Shown here in pieces: positions 23,981-40,602 of a stretch of DNA of 42,324 nucleotides (its first letter is position 1; every line of letters starts with the position of its first letter). Source of the stretch: Folioceros fuciformis (lineage: Eukaryota). A program made the translations under genes and the position numbers. The notes beneath the pieces are model-generated. The model worked only from the letters and a program-made list of their open reading frames with translations. It ran no database searches and was not told the DNA's origin. The DNA lies in NCBI GenBank assembly GCA_049999805.1, contig JBNGIO010006081.1:141327-183650 (forward strand), given 5' to 3'.

Positions 23981-25389
23981 TCATTCTGATCCAGAACTCC
24001 ATTTTCTAACTGAATGGCCGAAGAAAATCCCGGCTGCCAGTGAAGAGCAAGCCAGCAAACCACATTGCAACGATGAATCAGACGTCACCGCTGGAGCTAC
24101 CAATCCCAGCCATAGCCAGAGCCAAAGCCCCGCAGATACAGAGCCAATGGTTATACCGGCCACCACTTGGGCAGGAGTGTGCATCCCCTCCGCAACTCTC
24201 AACCAAGCCTGCCGAAGCAACCACAACGAGGGACACTGGTCGGTACAGTGAAGCTTTTTCAGCAGAAACAGCCCACTGTCTTTCAACAACCCACCATATA
24301 TGCTCCCACCAGGAGGATGAGGGAAGCAACTGCTGCAGCTTGAGCATCTAGGCCTTGCCATCCGATGTCTGCAGCAAGAGACGACTATGTCAAGTCAGAC
24401 GGGACTTGGAACCCCCAGACCCCGCAATCAGCTATGACATCCCAAAGCCGCGTAAGTCGAAAGGTAGCCAAGCCATCAACACTTAACATCCCAAGGCTGC
24501 ATAAGCCGAAAGGTAGCCCAAGGATTGGCTATGCGTGGATGGCATTCCCGGGTCAGATTTCAAGTGCAGGGCTGAAGCAGGCCGTTCCTGGTTGATGAGA
24601 CGCTTCAGAAGTTTGGAGTTCGCCCCGTTCACCAAAGAGCCCAACAAGGCCCAAACCACGGCATCGTCCCTCCTCCAAAGCACCGTTGCAGCCGCACCCA
24701 CCACCATGACCCACTTTGACTACAAAAGCGACGATCAATTGCAATGCAATCCAGTTAAATCCAACGCATTGCATTCAACGGGACGCAACGCCACCAACAT
24801 CTCCACACCAACATAATCGCAGAGATCTAAGACCGCCAGATTCCACATCTTCGCAGATGACGAAGAGGAGAGTTCGCCAGCAGAATCACCCCGAAAACCA
24901 ACCATCAACACATAACGTCCCACAAAAATCACCACCCACCAAGCTGTTCGCGGTGCTGTTGAACCAGCCGAGGGAGGAACGCCTAACTGCGGTCGGCTCC
25001 ACCTCGAAGCTCACAACTCCAGCTCCATCAGCTCCTGCTGGTTCTCCCCCATCGCCTTTCATTCTCGTTGCCCGCCTCCATAGACGGGCAGAAGCCCTGG
25101 GAGAGAGAAGCTTCCCACATCCGCTTGGCTTGCCAAATCCAGCCTTCTCGGGAGCTACTGTCATCCGCATTGAAAACCGGAAGCAGGCCAGGACGGCAGA
25201 TCCTTGAAGTCCATCGTGGAAGAGTCTTCAAGAACGGGGAAGGATACAAGCAAATACCGAACTGCCATACTGTATAATACGACACAATGAATACATCCAT
25301 ACGTACCTAGGTAGCGTACAGACGAAGCATTGGCAGATACGTGCGGACGAGTGATGGGTGGGTGCATTGTATGTGAGAGAGAAGTCCAT
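23981..25389 (-). CDS. lipid phosphate phosphatase epsilon-like (PAP2 family, plastid type)
   Basis: PAP2 motifs C1 KRLINQERP, C2 DPGMPSTH and C3 WLRVAEGMHTPAQV. Exons 25225-24940, 24719-24488, 24368-24295 and 24208-23981 are in frame. The first exon 25389-25307 is tentative (alternative ATG at 25170). Confidence 0.88.
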
Positions 25390-25644
25390 CCGATTCGGGC
25401 AATAAGGCGCAGGTCATCCCTGCCGTCAGGCGCCGCAGGAGCGATCAGGAGCTGGGACGGCGTGTGCCGAGGGCCATTTGCCACGCGGCTTCGTCCATAT
25501 CCAGGCGTGAAGCTGACGCTGAAGCGTTGCGTTGTTGGAGCCCTGGCGCGCAGAAGCCGCAGATTGAGCCTGCAGCCTGCGATCCACAAGGCGTGCACTC
25601 TTAGCACCGCGACAGGAACAGAAGGGACTGCGACATCACCAGCT

Positions 25645-26456
25645 ATGGCGGTCTCATACGGTTTGGTAGCGGCGCCGGTGACGTACGCGGTGCACGTGCT
25701 GGGAGTCGTGGCCATCGCTCTGGTGCTGTTCTGGACGCTGCACTACCGGGGGGGACTGGCGTGGGATTCGATCAACAAGAACCTGGTGTTCAACCTGCAC
25801 CCGGTGCTGATGATCGGGGGCTTCGTGTTCGTGTCCAGCGAGGCCATCCTCATCTACAAGACCATCGGGGGNNNNNNNNNNNNNNNNNNNNNNNNNNNNN
25901 NNNNNNNNNNNNNNNNNNNNNNNNNNNNNNNNNNNNNNNNNNNNNNNNNNNNNNNNNNNNNNNNNNNNNNNGGAACAAGCAGGTCCGCAAGGGTTGGCAC
26001 CTGGGGCTTCAGCTGCTGGCCCTGGTGCTGGGGATAGTCGGCATCTGGACCGCCTTCCGGTACCACAACGAGAGCACCCCCGCTATTGATAACCTCTACA
26101 GTCTGCACTCGTGGCTGGGGCTGTCCGCGGCCGTGCTCTTCGGAATCCAGTGGATATTCGGCTTCCTCACCTTCTGGTACCCTGGCGGCAGCCCTGGGCT
26201 GCGCCGCCTCAGCCTGCCCTGGCACGTCTTCTTGGGCCTCTTCGTCTACGTGCTTGCCCTGGCCGCTTCGCTTACCGGCATCCTGGAGAAGATCACGTTT
26301 CTGCAGAACAGCCAGGTGTTCGGCCACTACGACTTTGAGCCCCTGCTCGTTAATTCCCTCGGGCTTGTGGTTGTAGTGTTTGGGGCTCTGGTTGTTCTGG
26401 CTACTCTCCTCCCGCAAAGTGGCCCTCAGGAAGAAGGATATGCCCCCATCGAGTAA
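25645..26456 (+). CDS. cytochrome b561 (transmembrane ascorbate ferrireductase)
   Basis: VFNLHPVLMIGG, KGWHLGLQ, NLYSLHSWLG, LPWHVFLG (four heme-ligating His) and GILEKITFLQ. The coding sequence is continuous except for a 100-N gap at 25872-25971. Confidence 0.93.
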
Positions 26457-27010
26457 CTTGATGCTGCCTTCATCATCTTTTTGGCTCCTTTGTTGCTCCC
26501 GCCTCTGCTGCTGCCATTGTTGGCAACACCCGTTTACAAGCTTTCCCCGAAGTTTTCTTGGGAATCAGCTTGTGCTTACAAAACTACTTTTTGTAGTTCT
26601 GCAAGCTTCAAGATTTGAGGTACCTATTGACATATACAGGTAGTACAGAGAGAGTTGTAGTAAGCAAAGACACAGTGCTTTACGTGGGCCACCCGACCCA
26701 AATCTGTATGTCAGTTGTACACAGTATAGTAACTTACACTTCTGCGATTCTAACATCTAATACTAAACAACGACTTGAATAGATATTACTTTGAGGACGT
26801 ATTCACAACTGAGGGAGGTGCGATGTGACAACCACAGCATGAAATCGAGGTCCAGAGCGCTGGGGACTGGTGGCGGCACTCTTCGTGGAATGAATCCGGA
26901 GATGCCTGAGCATCTCCGGATACACACAAAGCTTTTCCTAACAAAGTATCTGGCACGGGTATCCAATAGACATCAAGTGGATCACGCAACGCGAGCGGCT
27001 AGTTCCGACA

Positions 27011-31926
<4,916 letters not shown>

Positions 31927-34900
31927 GTGAGCCCTGCTCTGGCCACAACTCCGGTCACGAACGGAGCATGAAATGTTGCTGCCTGGCCCGATTGAACGGC
32001 AAGGTGGTCCCGCTCGCCTTCTGAGATTCTGCTTCCCTTAGCTGTGTGAGGCTAGGCTAGGCTAGGCTAGAGCCCGGAGACTGAACTTGCAAGCCTGAAG
32101 CAGCCTCCACGGCACACCTCGGTCGCATTGGAAGGCCAGACACCAACCCACGTGCACGGCTCGTCACAATGAGCTTGTGGCGTCCCGGTCCTGGGTATGT
32201 ATTCTCGGCTCTCTATGGTTTGCCAACAAAAAATTGTGATACCACAGCAACACCTTTACATATTTATTTTCAATAGGGGTACAAGAATCACTAGGGTGCC
32301 CAAGAACCACCACGACGCACAACCAGCTACGTAGGTAAGTAGGTATGTATTCTATGATGCAGGGAGGAATGGTACTCTCTGCACCGTTCTCTTAGTCCCA
32401 TTCTATATGGCTTGCTTCATCCCCATCCCTAAATCAAGCGTTTCTTTAGGTCGATACAAATAGAAATACGTACTCGCTTGATTCAGAGACACAGACCCAT
32501 TCGAGGAGAAGAAGAAATCCGCAACGGAGCCATGGCTCTCGAGAGGAAGACTTGGGCTTTCACATATCTTCAGGGAACTATGTGTGTCCATAGAATACAT
32601 GATAAATTAAATGCTCTTGAAGTGGAGGCGCTCCAGCTTTCAGTGCATACTCCTCTCCATCCAATAGCGTGCCACGTTTTAAGTTGGGACTTGCAGATCC
32701 AGTCAACTCCTCCCATGTGCCTTGGATTGGAATACTGTTGAGCTTTCCTAGACACCCACTAAGTTTAGAACCAACAAGAAACAAGGATGGTGGAGGCAAA
32801 CCTGGGCCACGTTTCTCTCGAAAATAATATCCAGAGAGGACAGCACAAAACTCTCACGAATGACAAATTTTCCCATCTCCCCCTGTAAGAGAGCAGTACA
32901 AATCTCTTTTCTCAAAAATATTTTCAAGAATCTCTTACCGGATACTGTGGACCCGAGGCCCCCACGCATCACCCCGCCGATGCGGCGGCCCCACACTGCA
33001 CGGGGATCTCTTTTCCCAAAAATGCTGCATGCCACCAGGCCAGGGAATACATCATTAAAAAACCCGGGAGCCGGACGGGAGTGACCGTTTTATTTGAACG
33101 AAACCGATATCTGGCCGGAACAACGGATGTATCTAGCACCCTAAACACGCACTGAAAATGCACTTGCAAAACCTGATACGCGGGAAGTGGTGTTCCAAAG
33201 AACAAAAACCTCACAAAGAGATCACAATACTGTCCAGGAAATGGCAAGAGCGGAAGAATTTTGTGAGGAAAGTAGTACCTAGTGAAGGCAGGTACGAACA
33301 ACAAATCACAAGGAGAACATGTCCGACGAATGGTGGCTTATGGACAAACAGTTTAATGAGCTCCAAACCAGGGCATCCTGCACATCTCTCGAAAAGGGAA
33401 TCTGAAAGCAAAGCGTGAAACTGTCGTCAGTTCCATGCTTGCTGGATGCTCCAATTTTAGCCAAGTCCAAGCAAGCAATCCAAAAACTCGAAGGCCTAAC
33501 GCCAACATACAGTCTACATGAAGTCTTGCCTGCAGTGTCCATATTCGTCAAGTGTTGGACGGTTGTCAGGATGGAGTCAGCAGAGCTACTAAGGAAACAT
33601 CTTGTCCTAGCCATACCGCTGCTGCATTGCTATCCTGGCTCTCATGGAATCGACTGCTAGTCAGGCCTTTATACTACTAGCCCTGCACGTATGAGGGACT
33701 GAATAGTTTGGACTTGGATCGGCCACGAGCTAAAACACAGTGGAGTATGATACCTACCTCCCTTTGCAGCAGAAGGTCTAGAATTGCAAGTCCTTAGAGA
33801 ATTGGACCTGCGGCCTCCTTTCGCCTTGTACAGCGGCCATACATCCTACAGCTACCGGTGCTTATGGTTAGCCTTGATCACACTGTCCTGCACAGCAGCC
33901 TTGGAGCAGAAGTGAAGACTCTCTCGAGTGCCAGTTGCAGCAACCGATTTCTGGAATCGTCGGTTCCAGCTGCCAGTCGGCATCACTTGAGAGGCATTGC
34001 GAAGTTCCTGGCTTGCGAGAACTGTCATCACGACACTTAGCACCAGCGATGTGAAATGGCGGTGATCCGATCTACAGTGTTTGTCATAGTTTCGATGGTG
34101 CTGTGCGTGGTGGCCGGTAGCCTGATACGGAGCACTGCGTGCGCCAAAGCCAGAAGCGCCAACACCTTCGTCCTCTCGACAGCGTGTCACTGAACGGAGG
34201 GCAGCTTCACCGCAGGGAGCCCGCATCTCTGACGACTTGGGATGCGGTGCTACAGGATTTGCACCAAAACACCGCCACCAGCGGATAGTATTACCGCGCA
34301 GAGCAGTCACAGGCGGAAGCTCAACAGTCCACAGCTAGGCCATCTCCAACCAAAGGCTCTGAGACTCCCAAGAACCGTGCTTCGATTGCCTAAGTGTTCT
34401 TACTACCCGCATCTCGGTCGAAATTTTTCGCTAACGCAGGTGGCGCCAGAGTAGTAAAGAACATCTGAGCCAGGTCGATTGCTCCGTCCGCCGCGACGCT
34501 ACGAGGAGCACGACTTCCCTTGACCTCGATGGACTTTCCTCTCCTTCACTTCCTTCCTGCAGACACAGTTGCCAGCCATTAGAGGGGATTATGATGAGTC
34601 CCGTTGCAGTCCCTAATTGTCCAGAGCAGCGCGGTTGGTCGTGCCTCTGTGAATTTAGTGAGCTGGGGCTTTCACACTTCCCGGACCAAGTTCGAAAAGT
34701 ACGAGACTTGCAAAAAAGCATGGCACGTGTTATTTGGTTCCGGCCTTCCCAGTGTCGACATGGACTAAAGCGGCTTCTCGCCTATGTCTACAAACCACGA
34801 GCTCGAGGCAGCCTCAGCTGCAGTAGCTTCGTGATAACAGAGTGGCAGCTCAGCGTCAGTCCGATGTAGCTCTGTAATCCGGACTGCAGACCGCTGTTCG

Positions 34901-34992
34901 GTCAGCTAGTTGTGGCCTTTATATCCACCATGCTATTGAGCTTAAATGTCTTGTTAGTTATCTATATTTATATTTCCACCATGGGGTTTGTA

Positions 34993-35065
34993 GCCGCCCT
35001 AGCTCAGTCGGTAGAGCGCAAGGCTCTTAACCTTGTGGTCGGGGGTTCGAGCCCCCCGGGCGGCG
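34993..35065 (+). tRNA. trnK: tRNA-Lys, anticodon CUU
   Basis: 73-nt cloverleaf: acceptor GCCGCCC/GGGCGGC, D arm AGCTCAGTCGGTAGAGC, anticodon arm CAAGG-CTCTTAA-CCTTG, T arm GGGGG-TTCGAGC-CCCCC. AT-rich TATA-like element about 20-30 nt upstream. Confidence 0.97.
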
Positions 35066-37070
35066 ACCCACAGTCACCCTTCTTAATCTAAGGGGTTTAG
35101 GGTTTTATGAAATATCACACGACTTTTATGAAAAATCACACAAGTTTTGAAGCCACATAGCCAATGCAAATTGCTCCACAATACACACAAACGTTTTGTT
35201 CTTATCATCACCACATATCAAATCAATGTCCTAGGCGGCCACCTGCTGATCTGCATCACGGGCTTCCATCGCACTCCAAGTAACTTGCACAGTGCAGAGA
35301 GCGTAGGACGAAAGCAAGACTCGCATGAGCGCTCTGTAGGCAACAGACTCGCATGAGTGCTCATGGAAGAACATCATGGGCATCATAATCGAATCTCAGA
35401 AGCCATCTTCATCCTCGCTGCACAGGCATTGAAGGTTCCCTGAGAGCCCACGTAATGGACTCATTTAAGTGGGAATGAGGAGCCTGAAAGTCTCACAACA
35501 GAACACAGCCTCTCCACTTCCTTGAAGGAACATCAGGCTTGGGGCGGAGGTCACAGCGGCTTACGGTACTTCGAGGAGCATCACTGATAACAGCCATGTA
35601 GCTTCCCGTTTGTCACCTGGAGAAAAGGAAGTGTGTCATGAGGACTTGTTGACCTGACTTCAAGTCTTGCGTTCATGAGATCACACGTTGATGCTTTCTA
35701 CGCGAGACATCATCCAAAAGCTTCGTGAGGGAACGAGATTCTGCTGTGACTCAGGTCGATAATGACGTCGGTTGACTCAAGTCAGACTGTGCCTTGCTTG
35801 ACTGCTGAAGCGTGCAGGTTCAGGCACCTCTGTACAGAACTGGTGCGACGATGAAAGACAAGAGCCTACAGCAACAACTTGGCCAGCTGAGAAGCGAGAT
35901 CACTTGCTGCACAATCAGGTACATGCGAGCCATGCATGGTTTGCAAGACTTGCAGTAGGAATGTTGGGCGGGCGATACGATTGTTTCAGCGTCAACGGAG
36001 AAGTCTGCAGCCCGCGGTAGACACGTTAAGACTTGGAGCGATGCCTAGCGACGAACGACGACGTCCGTGGGTTGGTGAGGTTTTGGAGAGGAGGAAAATC
36101 GGGTGCCGAGAAGTTGGCTGTTTCTACTTTCGGCCCAGCTCGCAGGCTGGCGAGATCGCCTGAGCAGTTTGTCCAGGATTGTAGAGCTCATCAAATCTGG
36201 TGGGCTTGCGTAGTACATGTACACGTTGGTACCTTCTACTGATTCACGTCTGTGGACAGGAACAGTATGCAGGTGCGTTTGCGAGAGTGGATTGGAGTCT
36301 GAGTCCTTGTGTCGAATCCAGGGAGGGCTTAGGCTGGAGCTGTCTGTTCTTTTTGCGCCCTGCCTACCTAAATATTCCTGCCATAAGAATGAAATCTGGA
36401 GTACCAGTGCCTTTTAAGGGAACAGGAGCCCCACATGCCTTTCGCTACCATGTCTGTACTGTGCCTGCTGGCGCCGGACAAGCTTCGGCTCATTCGCAGA
36501 AACGCCAAATGGCTACCGGTGTAGTACCACTGTTAGGCTCCTTTTGGGTGCATCAACTCTGGAAAGTAGGGCGGTTCAGCATCCTGAGTACGCCACAGAA
36601 TTCCACCAATCTATCTTTGCTACTGCTACTTGCTACCCTTTCCTTCTTTCTTGCTCCTCGATGTGACTTTGCCTCAGTCTTTGGTGGCTGCCAATGCCAA
36701 ATGAATCACTTGCAGTTGCCGAGTACAAGCACCCGATTTCACTCTGTCTTGCTCCGCTTGCTTGCAAACAAACAATTTGCTGCTCTCCAGCCCGCATCCT
36801 TCGCTCATCTTTTGGTCGTGAGCTGTTGCTGCTGCAGCAACTGCTGGCTGGTTGATCACTGCTTGGCTTGGCGCCCATTCTCATGACTCTGCTTGAGGAG
36901 AACGTCCGGTGTAGAACCAGGATGCTGACTGCGGGGGCTCCACCGCGCTTGTTTGTGTGAAGGTAGCTACGTGCGGGGCTTCTCACGCGTGCAGACTACT
37001 GGTGGATTGGATTTTGCCAAAACTACTCTGGGTTCTTCAGTCCTCGCGACCACATTCACACCGCATCCAC

Positions 37071-38439
37071 ATGGCTGTCAAGCGGGCACTGTGCGAACTA
37101 CAAGAAGAAGATCCGCCAGGGATGTCACACCCAAATGCCTCGGATTCCATCTTATCGACAGGTCCAATATTTCCAGACTGAGTCCATTGCTCCTTTGCAT
37201 GTGTGAGGACCGATTCGGAAGCATTTGTTGACCTTGAAAGAAGAAAATGCGCAGGTGGGGAGTATCTTGAGTCCCAGCCGCTGCCTCATGCGACTCAGTG
37301 CCGGGGACCGACGCTCTCGAGGTCTCAGTTGGTAGCTGTCACATCAGCGGCCCTGTCTGAAAATCAGCCACGGCAGGTGGTGAAGAAGATTGCAGACAGC
37401 CGCAGGAGAGAATTGGTAGAGAGTTCCACCGCAGGTTGCAGTAAGTCTGGTCACACATCGGACCATGATGTTCACATCCAGACAGAAAGGGAACGACGAA
37501 AGAAGATGAACGACCTGTTCTCCACCCTCCATTCTTTACTTCCAAATCCTAGTGCCAAGGTCAGTCTCTTACGTAACCCTTTCCAGCTGCTTGTTGAACT
37601 GCAAGTCGGCTCGCATTCGAGCATGCGTCACCGTCACCACTGCCATTTGAATGAGTGACTATGCACATCTGATACCAAAATCCTCCTGAAGGTCCATCAC
37701 CTCCTTCAAAGCTCTCCCGCTCACCTACTCTGGCTGTTGCTTGGCAGGCAGACAAGTCGACTATAGTAGACGAGGCCATCAACTACATTCAGGTTCTGCG
37801 ACAGGAACTGGACAAACGCCGCTTCGAGGCTTTAACTGGCCGTTTGCGTGTTCGCAACTCCCCAATCACTACCACCCATGACAAGAATACGTTCAGTCCA
37901 TGTGACCCACCTCTTCCGCCGCCCTCTGTGCCTGTGCTACTAGTCGGCGCCGAATCTAACCCTGCATCATCGTCTTGCTTGTTAGAAGACACCCGATGCT
38001 TGCCCACTAACATTTCTGGCCCAGGATCTCTCAGCAGTGTCCTCAGCCCTCCAAGCTTCCAGACATTGTCTTCCCCCAACGTGGTGCTCAACGTTTGTGG
38101 CCATGATGCTTTCATCAGTATTTGCAGCTCTCGACAGCCGTATCTACTGTCACAGATTCTATATGTGATGGAGAAACACAAACTCTTTGTCATGAACGCG
38201 CACATCAACAGCACACACAGTAGCAGCCTGTACATGATTCATGCCCAGGTCAGTGGTACGCTGAGCTGCTGATGCAAGTTGTATCGCCTCTCCTGCACCT
38301 TACACCTTTGAAGTAACGTCCGGAGCATGTTCTTGTGACGCAGCCCGTGGATGAAAACTGCCACGACCTGGGAGAAGAGTATCTCAAGACAACGTTGGAA
38401 GACCTGTCCGACTGTCTGCCTCCACTGCCGTCGATCTGA
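37071..38439 (+). CDS. ZOU: ZHOUPI/RGE1 (bHLH95)-like bHLH transcription factor with C-terminal ACT-like domain
   Basis: Exons 37071-37161, 37255-37559, 37748-38248 and 38344-38439 join in frame (about 330 aa). b[49 protein letters not shown] and C-terminal [23 protein letters not shown]...YMIHAQ match the ZOU-clade motifs as I recall them. Confidence 0.88.
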
Positions 38440-38589
38440 AGTCTCACTGTAGGCTGGCTTGCCTGATGCATACATACAACTTATGTACTTAGAGACGCTT
38501 TGGTCTTGTGTATGTATTGGAAACCAAATGAGCCTTGCAAATTTGGTGGGGCTGCTGGAGGCTGGGCAGTTGATCCCTCGACAGTTGGG

Positions 38590-39250
38590 CTATGCTTTGT
38601 CAGGGCTGCGGCTGTGGTGATCCTGTGAGTGATAAGGCTTGTGGCTGCAGGGGGCTGCAGGGCTTACGGTGGCTGTGGGGCTACTGGGTCTCTGTTGTGG
38701 GCCTCCAAACTTTCTTTCTACGTGGCTCGAGGCTGTGACGTGGGCTGCAGGTGGAGGGGAGGCTGGAAGAGGTAATGATCGTGGCAGGCGCCAGTGATTT
38801 CTGTGGTGCCTGTAGGAGCTGATGGGCAAGAGCTGATTCTGTCATCCTGGCTGCGAGGGCAACTTTTCGGTGGTTGGAGGGGCTGTTTTCGCAATGGAGC
38901 ATCTCAACAGACGGCGGCTTTCTTTCGCCAGCGGTTTCTTTCAGGCATTGTCGAGGGTGACGCAACGTCTTGACGCTCTTCCCCCAAAGGAACAAACGAA
39001 TCGATTATTGCAACAGAATGATGAGCTCGTAGGCAAAGCACGACAATTGCGCCGGCAGGGTAACCAGGTCTTGGGACCGCAGATCAAGATGTGCAAGGCC
39101 CTAGGCAAAACATGGAGCAGATGCAGTACGATATTCAAGCCTTTCCTGGTGATAAGCCAGGCCAGGCTTAGGTCGTGATGTGCGACCCTCAGCTCGTGGT
39201 GTTCAAGCTTTGGCTTCTCTGGTTCCTTCGATTCAAATCGTATTGCAACA
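38590..39250 (-). mobile_element. possible highly decayed LINE ORF1 remnant
   Basis: Frame-broken fragments RRCVTLDNA (similar to RVCVEID), a scrambled Cys/His knuckle-like stretch and PRRKKVWRP; many stops. Recognised by eye only. Confidence 0.25.
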
Positions 39251-39669
39251 TGTGGGATGGCAGTTGATGAAGGAGGTGTGACAGTTTGAAATTAATGGTA
39301 CAGTCCACCCTCTGTAAATGTAGATGTGATCTCCCTAAAATGTTATAATTCTATAAGTCCATCATTTAATCTCCCTAAATGTTATACCTCTATAAATGTT
39401 AGAGGTTTGGATACTCCCTAGTTGAAGAGTAACTATATGTTATACCTCTATAAATGTTAGAGGTTTGGATACTCCCTAGTTGGGGAGTAAGGTTAAATAT
39501 TATTTTTCTATAAATATTATAAGTTATTTATTTTAAAAAAATAGATACTCCCAATCACTATAGTCTAATTCTATAAATGTTTTATTTTTAATTTATATAT
39601 ATATATATATATATTATGCTTAAAATAATATAGATAATATTAATATCTAATTTATCCAATCACAAATGC

Positions 39670-39825
39670 GAGACTTAGATGGGCCCAAAGCAAGAGAAGG
39701 CCAATTACAATGCAGGACTTGGATGGGCCCAAAGCAAGAGAAGGCCAATCACAAAGGACTTGGATGGGCCCAAAGCAAGAGAAGGCCAATCACAAAGGAC
39801 TTGGATGGTCCCAAAGCCAGAGAAG
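39670..39825. repeat. 41-bp tandem repeat (about 3.7 copies) carrying TGGGCCCA and CCAAT motifs
   Basis: ggacttggatgggcccaaagcaagagaaggccaatcacaaa repeated head to tail. Confidence 0.92.
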
Positions 39826-40230
39826 AAGGAGGAAGCAAGGAAGCCTAAGCAAAGGTGGAAGGAGAGAGCAAGAGGGAGCAAGGGAGCAAGGAGCAAGAGG
39901 AAGCAAGGAGGTCCAAGCAAAGGTGGAAGGAGAGAACAAGAGGGAGCAAGGAGCAAGGGGGAGCAAGGGAGCAAGGAGCAAGAGGAAGCAAGGAGGCCTA
40001 AGCAAAGGTGGAAGGAGAGAGCAAGAGGGAGCAAGGAGCAAGAGGAGCAAGGAGCAAGAGGAGCAAGGAGCAAGAGGGACCAAAGAGCAAGAGAAAGCAA
40101 GAAGCAAGAGGGAGCAAGGAGCAAGGAGCAAGAGGGACCACGGAACAAGAGGGTACAAGGCACAAGAGAGAGAAAGAGAAGGAGGGAGAAGGCAAGGGAG
40201 AAGAAGGAGAAGGCAAGAGAAGGAGGACCA
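39826..40230. repeat. purine-rich GAGCAAG-based low-complexity minisatellite
   Basis: Dense gagcaag/gagcaagag units with a higher-order unit containing aagcaaaggtggaaggagag; almost no T on the + strand. Confidence 0.9.
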
Positions 40231-40602
40231 ATAGAGAAGTAAGTACCTATTTATGTATATAGGAGTGTATGAAGTAAAAATAATAATTATATTTTTTAAC
40301 TTAGTTTAATATTTATTATTTCATGCATTATTTTTCATTATTTTTTTATTTCATGATAAGCCCCGGAAATCCTATAACTATCTGTCTTGGCAGTTTTTTT
40401 GTTTTAACGCTTTCATGTGGCTTGGGAAGGAGCATGTTACCACATTCAAATTGTAATAGGTTTTGGTAACTCTTGTATTTATTGTTGAAGGCTTTTGATT
40501 AGCATGTGTTCTCCATCCAGGTACATTCTGGGATACTTTGTATATAATTATTTTGAGTACTCAATTATTAAATTGTATGTTTGCAACTTTTGCTTTTCTT
40601 AG

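Noticed and set aside
13508..26456. Esterase, ABA3, LPP and cytochrome b561 as a metabolic gene cluster
   Set aside because: The functions and compartments are unrelated and there is no scaffold-forming enzyme; adjacency is explained by genome compactness.
32400..32799. Possible LINE ORF2 3' end (HVFYG, RNA.F) on the minus strand
   Set aside because: The similarity is weak and stop-riddled; not supportable as a feature without a profile search.
36200..36886. 228-aa ORF upstream of ZOU
   Set aside because: Non-ATG start, Cys/Leu-rich composition and no motifs; probably promoter or UTR sequence.
39679..40242. Long ORFs in several frames, including Leu/Ala/Pro-rich minus-strand ORFs
   Set aside because: Produced by the stop-poor GAGCAAG minisatellite; not independent genes.
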